Source: an uncultured Pseudomonadales bacterium | GTDB lineage: Bacteria; Patescibacteriota; Microgenomatia; UBA1400; PJMF01 | Assembly: GCA_964412775.1 (NCBI GenBank) | Contig: CAYPPX010000001.1 | Coordinates: 141,473-205,472 of the forward strand | Reading direction: 5' to 3' | DNA: 64,000 nt | Part shown: piece after piece, positions 1 to 8,946 of the stretch | How the letters are laid out: each line of letters opens with the position of its first letter | How positions within the stretch are numbered: position 1 is the stretch's first letter | Notes under the pieces: model-generated | Databases searched by the model: none | Told to the model about the DNA's origin: nothing | The model's input: the letters and a program-made list of their open reading frames with translations, nothing else | Program-made: the position numbers and the translations under genes

Positions 1-125
1 AAACTAAACAAGCTAGCTGAATTTTACATAACTCAGTTCTAGCGACCTGAAGGAGATCAAGAATGAGATTGTGGAGTTGGGCGCTATCGCTAATATCCTT
101 GCTTAAGAGTAACTCACTCAAATTT
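1..125 (-). CDS. partial ORF running off the window start (unknown product)
   Basis: Reverse-strand reading frame stays open from about nt 125 to the window edge. No recognisable motif. Confidence 0.15.
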
Positions 126-331
126 CTACCTACTGAATTAGCATGTTGACCTTGAACAGCCAGCACACAAAACAAAGAGCCAGAAGGATGAGAAATCACT
201 TGAGCCCAACCATCCACTTGAGGCAGGCCGGTAATGGGTGTCAGCTGAAATTTTGACACATTTCCCATTATAACCACATTTTTTGAATATGTCTTGAGTA
301 TATTTTTCTATATAAAAATATATTAATTTTT

Positions 332-1384
332 TCACAGTTCACTAATATCCCAGTGAGGTTTGCGATCTAGTTTTTGAGGTTGAGTTTTTTGATTGATTAC
401 TTGATAGTAACCAGTCACACCAATCATCGCTCCATTATCACCACATAACCTTTTGGTATAGGGAGTTCTAAATTTAAGTTTAAATTCTTGAGCGACTTTT
501 CTCAGTTCAGCTTTAAGTTGCGTATTGGCAGCGACTCCACCACCCAGCCAAAGTTCTTTAACTTCTAGCTGAGCCAAAAGCTTCCGAAGTTTATAAGTAA
601 TGTGTCGAAAGACGCCGTATTGAAGTCCAGCACAAAAATTAATAATAGTTTGTTTATCTAGCTGATTGTTTTGGTCTAGTTTTTCGATCATTTTTCTGGA
701 ATGAGTTTTCATGCCAGAAAAACTCATGTTGAAATCATTACTAGTGGTCATTGGTAATGGGAAATCAAAGGCTTTTGGGTCGCCTTTTTTGGCAAATAGT
801 TCGACAGTTGGTCCGGCGGGGTAGCCAAGACCTAATATTCGACCGACTTTGTCTAAGCACTCACCAGCGGCGTCATCTAAAGTTGTACCAAGTTTTTTGT
901 ATTCACCAATCTTTTTAACTAGGACGAATTCAGTATGTCCACCAGAAACAACTACTGATAAAGCAGGCAACTGTGGTTGAATTGAAGAGAATGCTTTTTT
1001 AGTTGGTTTAGCTTGAGCCAGCACAGACAAAATATGGCCTTCAATATGGTTAACTGCTAAAACTGGTTTATGGTATTTTTTACCAAGTTCAATTACCTTT
1101 TCGATACCGATCTCCAAAGCTGGTGCTAAACCAGGACCTTGGGTAACAGCCAGGTAATCAATTTGTTCAATTTTAAGTTGAGCTTTTTTTAGCGCGGCTG
1201 TGATAGTTGGTTCAATATTTTCCTGATGAGCTTGTTTAGCTACTGTTGGAAAAACGCCACCATATTGTTGATGAAGATTAATTTGTGAGGCAACGACATT
1301 GCTCAAGATTTTTTGACCTTGGTTAACCGCCACAGAGGTCTCATCACAAGAAGTATCAATCGCTAAAATATAAGGATTTTTCAT
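332..1384 (-). CDS. tsaD: tRNA N6-adenosine threonylcarbamoyltransferase TsaD (Kae1/YgjD family)
   Basis: 350 aa. N-terminus is ILAIDTSCDETSVAV, HxEGH metal motif is NHIEGHILS, and the C-terminal GVxAN region is present. Its start overlaps the upstream gene stop (ATGA). Confidence 0.9.
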   Translation of the reverse strand: MKNPYILAIDTSCDETSVAVNQGQKILSNVVASQINLHQQYGGVFPTVAKQAHQENIEPTITAALKKAQLKIEQIDYLAVTQGPGLAPALEIGIEKVIELGKKYHKPVLAVNHIEGHILSVLAQAKPTKKAFSSIQPQLPALSVVVSGGHTEFVLVKKIGEYKKLGTTLDDAAGECLDKVGRILGLGYPAGPTVELFAKKGDPKAFDFPLPMTTSNDFNMSFSGMKTHSRKMIEKLDQNNQLDKQTIINFCAGLQYGVFRHITYKLRKLLAQLEVKELWLGGGVAANTQLKAELRKVAQEFKLKFRTPYTKRLCGDNGAMIGVTGYYQVINQKTQPQKLDRKPHWDISEL

Positions 1385-2454
1385 TGTTCTGACACCTTAA
1401 TTTCTCTAGCTGAAAGGTCGTCTTCAACTTCACTGATCGAGATCTCTAAATCAATCGGTAAATCTGTCGGCCAGTAGTCTTTGACTTGTTGCCACCACTC
1501 GATAATGACAATGTTGTTGGGTTGAACTAAATTTGGGACATTTAGTAATGACCAAGCTGCTTGGCTATCGATTTTCCAGACATCCAGGTGGTGAAGTATC
1601 CCGGTTATTTGGTGTCGGTCAAATTCGTACTGATTCATGTAGGTGTAGGTTGGAGAAGTAATGGGTTGGTTAATGTTCAAAAAATTAGCCACTCCCTGAG
1701 TAAAAATAGTTTTACCGGTGCCAAGTTTGCCATTTAAGCCGATCACTAGACCTTTTTCTTTGACTTGATTCCAGTTTTTGAGCATAAGCTTACCAGCTAA
1801 ACTTTTAGTTTCTTTTGTTGATTTAGTGAGAAAGTTTTTAGTTTTTTCAGTGGAGAGACTGCCCCTAACTTCCAATGGAGTAGAAAGTGTTGTATCAACC
1901 ACAATTGATGGTTCATTGGGAGGTAGTTTGCCAGCATCAATCACTAAGTCTAGGAGATTTTTTTGTTTGTCAGAAATATGGTCAAAAATATCTTGAATAG
2001 TGTAAGGTCGTTTTTTACCAGAAGCATTGGCCGAAGTTGCTGTGACTGGTTTATTAAATTTAGCCACTAAATCAGTGATTAACGGAAAATCAGGAATTCT
2101 AATGCCCAAAGTACCAAACTCTGATTCAACAAATGGGGCAACTTGGTTTTTACCTTGAGAAACAATCGTGTATGGTCCTGGTAAAAATTTTTGGTAAAAG
2201 TTTTTAGCCTGATCAGTTAGTTCAACATATTGTTCGGCCATCGCTTGGTTTTTGACAGCTACAGATAAAGGTTTGCCCTCTCGGCGAGTTTTGTATTTCA
2301 AGAGTTTCTCGACTGCTTGAGGGTTAGTAGCATCAACTCCAATGCCGTAAACAGTCTCAGTGGGATAAATCACTAAACCACCAGCCGCCAAAACTTGGCA
2401 GGCGGTAGCGACAACTTCTGAGTGGTTATTTGCAGTTAGTTTTAGTATTTGCAC
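1381..2454 (-). CDS. tsaC/tsaE: fusion of L-threonylcarbamoyladenylate synthase (TsaC/Sua5/YrdC domain) with the t6A ATPase TsaE (YjeE domain)
   Basis: N-terminal half carries YrdC motifs (YPTETVYGIG, KxR, SANxSG). After a Lys/Thr linker the C-terminal approx 130 aa carry the TsaE P-loop GLNGKLGTGKT and the conserved SPTYT...HxD block. Confidence 0.8.
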   Translation of the reverse strand: MQILKLTANNHSEVVATACQVLAAGGLVIYPTETVYGIGVDATNPQAVEKLLKYKTRREGKPLSVAVKNQAMAEQYVELTDQAKNFYQKFLPGPYTIVSQGKNQVAPFVESEFGTLGIRIPDFPLITDLVAKFNKPVTATSANASGKKRPYTIQDIFDHISDKQKNLLDLVIDAGKLPPNEPSIVVDTTLSTPLEVRGSLSTEKTKNFLTKSTKETKSLAGKLMLKNWNQVKEKGLVIGLNGKLGTGKTIFTQGVANFLNINQPITSPTYTYMNQYEFDRHQITGILHHLDVWKIDSQAAWSLLNVPNLVQPNNIVIIEWWQQVKDYWPTDLPIDLEISISEVEDDLSAREIKVSEQ

Positions 2455-2527
2455 CAGATCTGTATTTTACCAGGTTTGTGAAGTTTTTTGCTTCCTTTAG
2501 TTGCAATCTGCAGTATAATGCCACCAC

Positions 2528-2893
2528 ATGCCAATAAAGAGAAACATTAAAGTTTTTATTGACGATCAACTAACAGAAGAAGCAGATGATCAATTATCAG
2601 CTCAAGTTAGGTTTAATTTATACCAACGCCAACAACAAATTTCGGAAATTAGAGCTATTCTTCAAGATTTATCCCAAAAAGGTCAGTCAGAACAAACCGA
2701 GTGGTTGAGAGAAAACCAAGAGTTTGTCACAGAGTTGGCTGAGGATTTTATTGATGACTCGCTCTATCAACTAGATGGAATTAAATTGGATGGTAAAACC
2801 CTTCAGCTGTCAGTTGAAGTCATGACGCAGCTCAAGGAAACTTTGAACCTTTTCCAGACTATTGTTTATGGAGAGGACAATTTAGAAGCATAA
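2528..2893 (+). CDS. hypothetical acidic helical protein
   Basis: 121-aa ORF with no recognisable motif. The protein is Gln/Glu-rich. Confidence 0.4.
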   Translation: MPIKRNIKVFIDDQLTEEADDQLSAQVRFNLYQRQQQISEIRAILQDLSQKGQSEQTEWLRENQEFVTELAEDFIDDSLYQLDGIKLDGKTLQLSVEVMTQLKETLNLFQTIVYGEDNLEA

Positions 2894-2932
2894 TATCCCA
2901 AATAATTAATTTTTAGGGTAGAATAGTATTCT

Positions 2933-3571
2933 ATGGAATTTGATAGACTAGTTGTTTCATTTTTAGTTGATGAAGTCGTAGGTGGCTTCTTTATTTCTGT
3001 GCCTCCTGGTCAGGTGGCCTGTGTTTATGACCGTGGTCGTGGTGTTTTACCCAAAGTTTGGGGACCAGGTCTTCATCTAAAGATTCCTTTTTGGCAAGTT
3101 GCTAAATTATTTAATGCTCAAGTTTTAGAGTACTCAATTGACAAGACTTTTGATTTGTCTGCCAATAAAGAGGCTTTAGGTGACACACCAATCTTGACCT
3201 CAACTAAAGATGGCAAAGATATTTCTGTCGAAGGGTCAGTCTTATTTAGAATTGATCGAGGCAATGCTCCAGAACTCTGGGAGAATATTGGTGAAAATGT
3301 TGTTTCCAAAGTAGTTCGGCCTTTTTCCAGAAGTAGAATCTCATCTTTGATGAGTCAATATACTTTAAACGAAATTAAGAATAATCGCTCTCAAGTTGAG
3401 GGGATTATTCGCGATGATTTGAGTAAGCATTTTCAAGATCGTGGTCTGAACTGTGAGGGTTTCTTGTTATCAGAGGTAAGACTCTTTACCCCAAGAGGGA
3501 AAGAAGAGACTATTATCGAAAAAGAAACCCCAGCTTTACATCAAGTAGAGCATGAAGTTGTCAAAGAATAA
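2933..3571 (+). CDS. SPFH/band-7 (prohibitin/HflKC-like) domain protein
   Basis: 212 aa. Band-7-like segments (e.g. ILTSTKDGKDISVEGSVLFRI, then a helical C-terminus). Confidence 0.55.
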   Translation: MEFDRLVVSFLVDEVVGGFFISVPPGQVACVYDRGRGVLPKVWGPGLHLKIPFWQVAKLFNAQVLEYSIDKTFDLSANKEALGDTPILTSTKDGKDISVEGSVLFRIDRGNAPELWENIGENVVSKVVRPFSRSRISSLMSQYTLNEIKNNRSQVEGIIRDDLSKHFQDRGLNCEGFLLSEVRLFTPRGKEETIIEKETPALHQVEHEVVKE

Positions 3572-3588
3572 TTTTGCCCAAAAAGTAG

Positions 3589-3626
3589 TTGACAAGTTTT
3601 TAGCAGTCTATTATTATTACTGCTAA
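3589..3626 (+). promoter_or_regulatory. sigma-70-like promoter (TTGACA-17-TATTAT) overlapped by a CIRCE-like inverted repeat (TTAGCAGT-N11-ACTGCTAA), upstream of groES
   Basis: Perfect 8-bp arms. The left arm resembles the CIRCE half-site TTAGCACTC. Further inverted repeats follow at 3633-3649 and 3681-3702. Confidence 0.6.
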
Positions 3627-3717
3627 TTAATGCTGACAATTAGTGTCAGTTTGCCCAAGTATAAAGTAAATTACTTTAGCACTTAGTTAAGTAACTAAGT
3701 AAAAAAGGAGTTTAAAT

Positions 3718-4095
3718 ATGAAAAGTCTTTCTGTCGCTCAATTAAAACCGATGGCAGGTTATGTTTTAGTAGAACCAGCCAAGAGCGAGCAAAAAACCGT
3801 CTCTGGTATTATTTTGCCAGAAAATGATAGTGAAAAACCTCAATATGGTAAGGTTTTAGCTGTTGGTGAACCAGCTTGTGGTGACTGTTGTGATAGTTGT
3901 TGCGATGACCAAAGTGCTTGTTGTGGCAGTGGTTGCTGTGGTGAGGGTTGTTGTGATGACGACAAAAACTGTGAAGTTGAACTCAAAAAGGGTGACATGG
4001 TGGTTTATAAAAAATGGGGTGGTAATGAAGTAATGATTGATGACGTGGAGTATCAATTCTTAAAATTTGAAGACATTTTGGCAGTAGTGAAATAA
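3718..4095 (+). CDS. groES: co-chaperonin GroES with a cysteine-rich insertion
   Basis: Mobile-loop and core GroES signature (YVLVEP..KTVSGIILPE..GKVLAVG...GDMVVY..ILAV). A 13-Cys insert sits at nt 3877-3972. It lies directly upstream of groEL. Confidence 0.85.
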   Translation: MKSLSVAQLKPMAGYVLVEPAKSEQKTVSGIILPENDSEKPQYGKVLAVGEPACGDCCDSCCDDQSACCGSGCCGEGCCDDDKNCEVELKKGDMVVYKKWGGNEVMIDDVEYQFLKFEDILAVVK

Positions 4096-4133
4096 AAAAA
4101 TTGTAAATTTTTGATATAAAGGAGGAAATATAT

Positions 4134-5750
4134 ATGGCAAAACAACTTTTATTTGGTGCTGATGCAAGACAAAAAATGTTGTCTGGTATTACTCAATTAG
4201 CTCAAGCAGTCACCACGACTCTAGGTCCCAAAGGGCGCAATGTGGCTTTGGATAAAGCTTGGGGTGCTCCTAATGTTATTCATGATGGGGTGTCCGTGGC
4301 CAAAGAGATTGAACTAGAGGACAAGTTTGAAAATATGGGTGCTCAGTTAGTCAAAGAAGCTGCATCCAAAACTAATGATGTGGCCGGCGATGGTACTACC
4401 ACTGCTACTTTGTTGGCTTGGAAAATGAGTGAATTGGGCATGAAATATATTACTGCTGGTTCCAATCCAATGATTATGAAACGAGGGATTGATAAAGCTG
4501 TAGACGCGGTGGTTAAAGAAATTCGTAAGGTGGCCAAACCAGTTGAAGAAAGTGATTGGGAAAAAGTCGCGACCATCTCTGCTCAAAACGAAGAGATCGG
4601 CAAGAAAATTGCTGAAGCTTTGAAGTTAGTGGGCAAAGATGGTGTGGTTGAGGTCGAAGAGGGTAAAACCATGGAGATCGAAATTCAACACAAAGAAGGT
4701 ATGGAGTTTGATAAAGGTTACGCTTCACCTTACTTTGTCACTGACTCTGAAAACATGGAAGCAGTGATTGAAGATCCATTTATTTTGGTAACTGATCAAA
4801 AAATCACTAACATCAAGGAAATTCTGCCAGTTTTGGAACAAGTGGTCAATGCTGGTAAAGGTTTAGTGATGATTGCTGATGATATTGAAGGGGAAGCTTT
4901 AACTACTTTAGTAGTGAACAAACTTCGTGGTTCTTTTAAAGCTTTACCAGTCAAGGCTCCAGGTTTTGGTGACAGGAGAAAAGCGATGTTGCAAGATATT
5001 GCTGTTTTGACCGGTGCCGATTTTATTAGCACCGAGACAGGTCGAGCTCTCAAAGATGTTACCATTGAATCTTTGGGTCGAGCAGATAGTGTCAGATGTA
5101 CCAAAGACACCACTAGAATTGTGGGTGGCAAAGGTAGTAAGAACGATATTTCAGCCAGAGTGGCTCAAATTGAAGCTGAGATTAAAAACTCTACTTCAGA
5201 ATTTGATATCGAAAAACTTAATGAACGTAAGGCTCGTCTGACTGGTGGTGTCGCTGTGATCCAAGTGGGTGCTAGCACCGAGATTGAGATGAAGAATCTT
5301 CAAGAGAGAGTCAAGGACGCCAAAGAAGCTACCAAGGCTGCAATTGAAGATGGAATTATTCCTGGTGGTGGTGTAACCCTGCTTAGAACCACCAAAGTTT
5401 TAGCTGACCTCAAAACAGCCAGTGAAGATGAAAAGGCTGGCGTTGATTTGGTTCGAGCTGTGTTGGCTGAGCCACTGAGAATGTTAGCTACCAACTCTGG
5501 TGAAGATGCTGGTTGGGTTGTAGGTCAAGTTTTGGCCAAAGACAGCAACACCTATGGTTTCAATGCTGTGACTAACAAGTTGGAAGACTTGGTGAAAGCT
5601 GGGGTAATTGAACCAGCCAAAGTAGCTATTTCTTCATTAGAAAATGCCGCCTCAGTAGCTTCAATGATTTTGACAACTGAGTGCTTAGTAACCGACATTC
5701 CAAAGGCTGAGCCAGCGATGCCAGCTGGTGGTATGCCAGGAATGATGTAG
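4134..5750 (+). CDS. groEL: chaperonin GroEL (Hsp60)
   Basis: 538 aa. Carries AAKKTNDVAGDGTTTATLLA and a GGM-type C-terminal tail (GGMPGMM). Confidence 0.97.
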   Translation: MAKQLLFGADARQKMLSGITQLAQAVTTTLGPKGRNVALDKAWGAPNVIHDGVSVAKEIELEDKFENMGAQLVKEAASKTNDVAGDGTTTATLLAWKMSELGMKYITAGSNPMIMKRGIDKAVDAVVKEIRKVAKPVEESDWEKVATISAQNEEIGKKIAEALKLVGKDGVVEVEEGKTMEIEIQHKEGMEFDKGYASPYFVTDSENMEAVIEDPFILVTDQKITNIKEILPVLEQVVNAGKGLVMIADDIEGEALTTLVVNKLRGSFKALPVKAPGFGDRRKAMLQDIAVLTGADFISTETGRALKDVTIESLGRADSVRCTKDTTRIVGGKGSKNDISARVAQIEAEIKNSTSEFDIEKLNERKARLTGGVAVIQVGASTEIEMKNLQERVKDAKEATKAAIEDGIIPGGGVTLLRTTKVLADLKTASEDEKAGVDLVRAVLAEPLRMLATNSGEDAGWVVGQVLAKDSNTYGFNAVTNKLEDLVKAGVIEPAKVAISSLENAASVASMILTTECLVTDIPKAEPAMPAGGMPGMM

Positions 5751-5773
5751 GTTTAAATTTAATGAAAAAAAGA

Positions 5774-5803
5774 AAAGCCTCCAGTAAAATGGGGGCTTTT
5801 TTT
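5774..5803 (+). terminator. rho-independent terminator after groEL
   Basis: Hairpin AAGCCTCC...GGGGGCTT followed by a T7 run. Confidence 0.7.
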
Positions 5804-5810
5804 GTTAAGT

Positions 5811-5884
5811 ACCAGGGGTGAGAGTTGAACTCACGACCTTGGGTTTATGAATCCCATGCTCTAACCAACTGAGCTACCCTGGCG
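5811..5884 (-). tRNA. tRNA-Met (anticodon CAT), elongator-type
   Basis: Reverse complement reads GCCAGGGTAGCTCAGTTGGTTAGAGC...GGGATTCATAAACCC...GGTCGTGAGTTCAACTCTCACCCCTGGT. Canonical cloverleaf with a TPsiC loop. CCA is not encoded. Confidence 0.85.
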
Positions 5885-6001
5885 TAATCGCTTTGAATTA
5901 TATCAAGGTTTGGTTTTTTTGACGAGTAAAGTTTTGCCTTTTTCTGGTCTTTGCCTTATAATACAGTTCTTCAGATATTAATCTGGTAAAAAAATTAACA
6001 T

Positions 6002-6070
6002 CGCGGGATAGTGTACGGTGCACGTGAGGCTCATAATCTCACAGGCTGGGTTCGACTCCCCGTCCCGCAA
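6002..6070 (+). tRNA. tRNA-Met (anticodon CAT), probably the initiator tRNA-fMet (C1xA72 mismatch)
   Basis: CGCGGGA...GAGGCTCATAATCTC...TTCGACT...TCCCGCAA. The first base C is unpaired against A72, as in bacterial initiators. The D-arm is unusually short. A divergent promoter lies between the two tRNAs. Confidence 0.6.
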
Positions 6071-6082
6071 CATTACAAAAAT

Positions 6083-6106
6083 AGACGTCTTCAGACGTCT
6101 TTTTTT
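6083..6106 (+). terminator. rho-independent terminator after the tRNA
   Basis: Palindrome AGACGTCT-TC-AGACGTCT followed by a T7 run. Confidence 0.7.
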
Positions 6107-6195
6107 ATAATATTGTGATTGAAGGTGATAGTGTTTTGCTTTAGTTAAATCGAATCTGACCGAGTCTTTGTCATTTTTTCATTGGTATAATATTC

Positions 6196-6642
6196 ATGTA
6201 TATGATTAAAATTTTTGGATCCAACGAAATTAACTTAATTATTGATGTCTGTCTTAGTTTTTTGGCTGGATTTATTATTGGTGCAGAGAGAGAATCTAGA
6301 GGGAAAGATGCCGGTATTAGTACTCACACAATGGTTATTATCGGGTCGATGCTATTTACATATATGTCATCTTTAGTAGATCCTGCTTCAGAGTCACGCA
6401 TTGCGGCTCAAATTGTTTCTGGAATTGGTTTTTTGGGAGCAGGTTTGATAGTTAAAGATGGAGCTAATGTTAAAAATCTTACGACAGCAGCCAGTATTTG
6501 GGTTTCAGGTGCCATTGGTATGGCATTTGGATTTAACTACCATGTTATTGGGATAATTGTGACTTTAGTTATTACTATAATTCCAAGAATTCCTCATTTG
6601 AATAAAAAAAGCCCAGAGTCATTATTAGAAGCAAAAAAATAA
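6196..6642 (+). CDS. MgtC/SapB-family membrane protein
   Basis: The N-terminal LAGFIIGAERESRGKDAGISTHTMV block is the MgtC signature. Hydrophobic throughout. Confidence 0.7.
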   Translation: MYMIKIFGSNEINLIIDVCLSFLAGFIIGAERESRGKDAGISTHTMVIIGSMLFTYMSSLVDPASESRIAAQIVSGIGFLGAGLIVKDGANVKNLTTAASIWVSGAIGMAFGFNYHVIGIIVTLVITIIPRIPHLNKKSPESLLEAKK

Positions 6643-6701
6643 ATTTTAACTTCTTTGTTATCTAGAAGTATCTATATTTATTTTTAATTAATTTTCCAGA
6701 T

Positions 6702-7694
6702 TCAAATTGGGTCGAATTTCCACTTTTTGTTAGTAGTGATTTCTCTAAATAAAGTTTCTGCGTATTGCTGATGCATTTCTTTAGATGGGTGTTTTTCTTT
6801 TTCAGATATTGGTAAATATTCCCTATTTTCGAGGTATGGATTTAATAGTAAACCGCCATTATGACTGATAATTTCATTATATTTAGCATAAACTTGCCAA
6901 AGTTTTGGCATGTCACTAATATTTATATTTTTGAAATCTTCTTCTTGAGGAACATAGCCAAAAGAAAAGTAAAATGTATCAGAGTTATCAATAAGTGAAA
7001 CTATTTTTTTAAAATAATCAATATTGGCATATTCTTCTGAGATTGAAGGAAAATAAATATTTTCTATTTGTTCTTCCCAGGTAAAAAGACTTTCATAAGG
7101 AAACGTTTTTAATTCTTTCTGACAATAGTTGAGTATTTCTGAATAAAGTTCTTTACTAAGTGGATATTGAGTTGATGATTTGTCAAATAGTAGGTCGTTA
7201 TCAACTATTCCTATTATAAATAGATCTATATCTCTATTCTCTTTGGCCTTTTTATATTTTGCGTAATTATCAAGAGCATTATCACCGGGCATGCTATAGT
7301 TTATTATTTTGGTAGGCCTTATTTTATTCAGTTTTTTTTCTAAGATATTTACCAAAGTTTGTTCTTTTTTTACTCCAGTGCCAAAAGACATAGAATCTCC
7401 AATAAAGGCAATTGTAAATTCTTCATTTTTTTGATTTAAGTTTGTTTGGTCAGATAGGTACATTAGCTGATATAGTGGTCTCAGTCTTTCTTTAATTTCA
7501 ATTTCTAGATCGTCAAAACTATTTACGTATGGAATTGGATTACCGAATGGTCCAACTAGAGAATATCCATGGGCTGGTGATTTACGATAAAAAAATTTAT
7601 CAAAAAAGAAATTTTCCCCAATAAAATAGGCTATTTTTACTGAAATTAGTAAACTAATGGCAAAAATAATAGTAGAATTTAATAATTTTTTCAT
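6702..7694 (-). CDS. secreted SGNH/GDSL-family hydrolase (lipase/esterase-like)
   Basis: Signal peptide, then the GDS block FIGDSMSFGTG, and later DxxL-type blocks. Confidence 0.6.
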   Translation of the reverse strand: MKKLLNSTIIFAISLLISVKIAYFIGENFFFDKFFYRKSPAHGYSLVGPFGNPIPYVNSFDDLEIEIKERLRPLYQLMYLSDQTNLNQKNEEFTIAFIGDSMSFGTGVKKEQTLVNILEKKLNKIRPTKIINYSMPGDNALDNYAKYKKAKENRDIDLFIIGIVDNDLLFDKSSTQYPLSKELYSEILNYCQKELKTFPYESLFTWEEQIENIYFPSISEEYANIDYFKKIVSLIDNSDTFYFSFGYVPQEEDFKNINISDMPKLWQVYAKYNEIISHNGGLLLNPYLENREYLPISEKEKHPSKEMHQQYAETLFREITTNKKWKFDPI

Positions 7695-7842
7695 TTTTAT
7701 TAGTTACTTTTGAAAAGATAGCAGATTTTCTTTTAAAAAAGAATAATTGTTAATCTTGGTATTTTTGTAAAAATAATTGATTTTATGTTTTTGATGGTGC
7801 ATAACTCATACAAGATATTTTTTTTGTTAAAAAAACCATATA

Positions 7843-8826
7843 ATGTTTAGTTATAACTATATGAATGAAAATTTAAACAATGGTCCAGAAAAATTACCAG
7901 TCGCAGATTTTGAAAAAAATCTAATTGATTTTATTTTGAAAACAAAAGAATTTATGCATCTAATTTATAATGGTAAATTTGATGTTGGAGAGGTGCAAAA
8001 AATAATTTTAGGAGAGCTAAAAACAGAACTTAGAGTTATCTTGAACCAGTATCCAGAACTTTGGCAAAACCAAGGTGAAGGAGTTACTGCTGAAACCTAT
8101 TTAACGGCGATTTATGAGCCACTAGAAGATGAGTTTACTAAAGAGAGTGTTGATGGAGCAATGAAGTTGGTTAAAGATTTAGATAGAGAGTTTAGTATTG
8201 AGCCTGATGACTTTTTAGCTAGTGAAAATATGAGAGAACGGGCATTAAAACTTTCTGCTGGCGCGTTATTAGCAGATGTTTGGTACTCTGTTTTTCATAC
8301 ACTTTCTAATCGAATGTGGCCCCCTCCTCCAGTAACTCATAAAAGGGATTCTCGTGATGACTATAACTCTTATTATGGTGAGAAAAGCGTCGGTTCTGTA
8401 GAAGAATCACTTTTTACTCCAGAACAAAAAGATCAAATGACAGACTTTTTTGCTAGTTTGAGTTCGCCAATAGATCCAATGTTTTTAGCCGACGGTTATC
8501 GGGAGGCTTATTTAGAAGTGATTGATTCAAATAAAAATTGGAGTCCCAGTGGATTCAAGATTAATTGGCAAATAGAAAAGGGAAAGAGTTTTGATCAAGC
8601 TTTTGAAGAGCTAGTTAATATATCTAAATCAACGGTAAAGATTAAAAAGTTTTTGAAGAATGATTATCCAACTGATGCAGAAGTTGAAAACTTAATAGCT
8701 CTTTATAAAGGTTATTGGCAAAAAAATCCTCATACCAAGGTTGGTTTATTTTATAAAAGAAGAATGGATTTTTATAAAAAAGTGGAAGAAAGTCGAAAAC
8801 TTTTTTCTTCGAGATTTTCTAGTTAA
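7843..8826 (+). CDS. hypothetical protein
   Basis: 327-aa ORF with a consistent frame and a poly-Pro stretch (WPPPPV). No recognisable motif. Confidence 0.45.
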   Translation: MFSYNYMNENLNNGPEKLPVADFEKNLIDFILKTKEFMHLIYNGKFDVGEVQKIILGELKTELRVILNQYPELWQNQGEGVTAETYLTAIYEPLEDEFTKESVDGAMKLVKDLDREFSIEPDDFLASENMRERALKLSAGALLADVWYSVFHTLSNRMWPPPPVTHKRDSRDDYNSYYGEKSVGSVEESLFTPEQKDQMTDFFASLSSPIDPMFLADGYREAYLEVIDSNKNWSPSGFKINWQIEKGKSFDQAFEELVNISKSTVKIKKFLKNDYPTDAEVENLIALYKGYWQKNPHTKVGLFYKRRMDFYKKVEESRKLFSSRFSS

Positions 8827-8946
8827 AGAAATTGTTGAAGTTTTGATAAGAAATGCTATTACTCAAAGTATCGGTGCGTTTGTTGAAAGTGTGAGTATTG
8901 CTGAAAAAGAGGCTACTAAAGAATAATGTGCTAAACTTACTCTAGT

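Noticed and set aside
138-335. 65-aa minus-strand ORF whose GTG overlaps the tsaD stop
   Set aside because: The second half is low-complexity (SSGWLGSSDFSSFWLF) with no motif. The region may simply be the 3' UTR or terminator region. Not enough support to call a gene.
4343-5494. Multiple 60-110 aa ORFs on the opposite strand and in off-frames inside groEL (4343-4576, 4347-4586, 4513-4728, 4796-5131, 5014-5241, 5300-5494). Similar ones occur inside ftsH, dnaK, infB, nusA, and the ftsK N-terminal region.
   Set aside because: They lie in shadow or alternative frames of strongly supported conserved genes, have no RBS or motifs, and show composition typical of antisense reading. I treat them as spurious.
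8741-8926. 61-aa ORF overlapping the end of the 7843-8826 gene
   Set aside because: It is in an out-of-frame overlap with a longer supported ORF, and no RBS is present. It is likely spurious.
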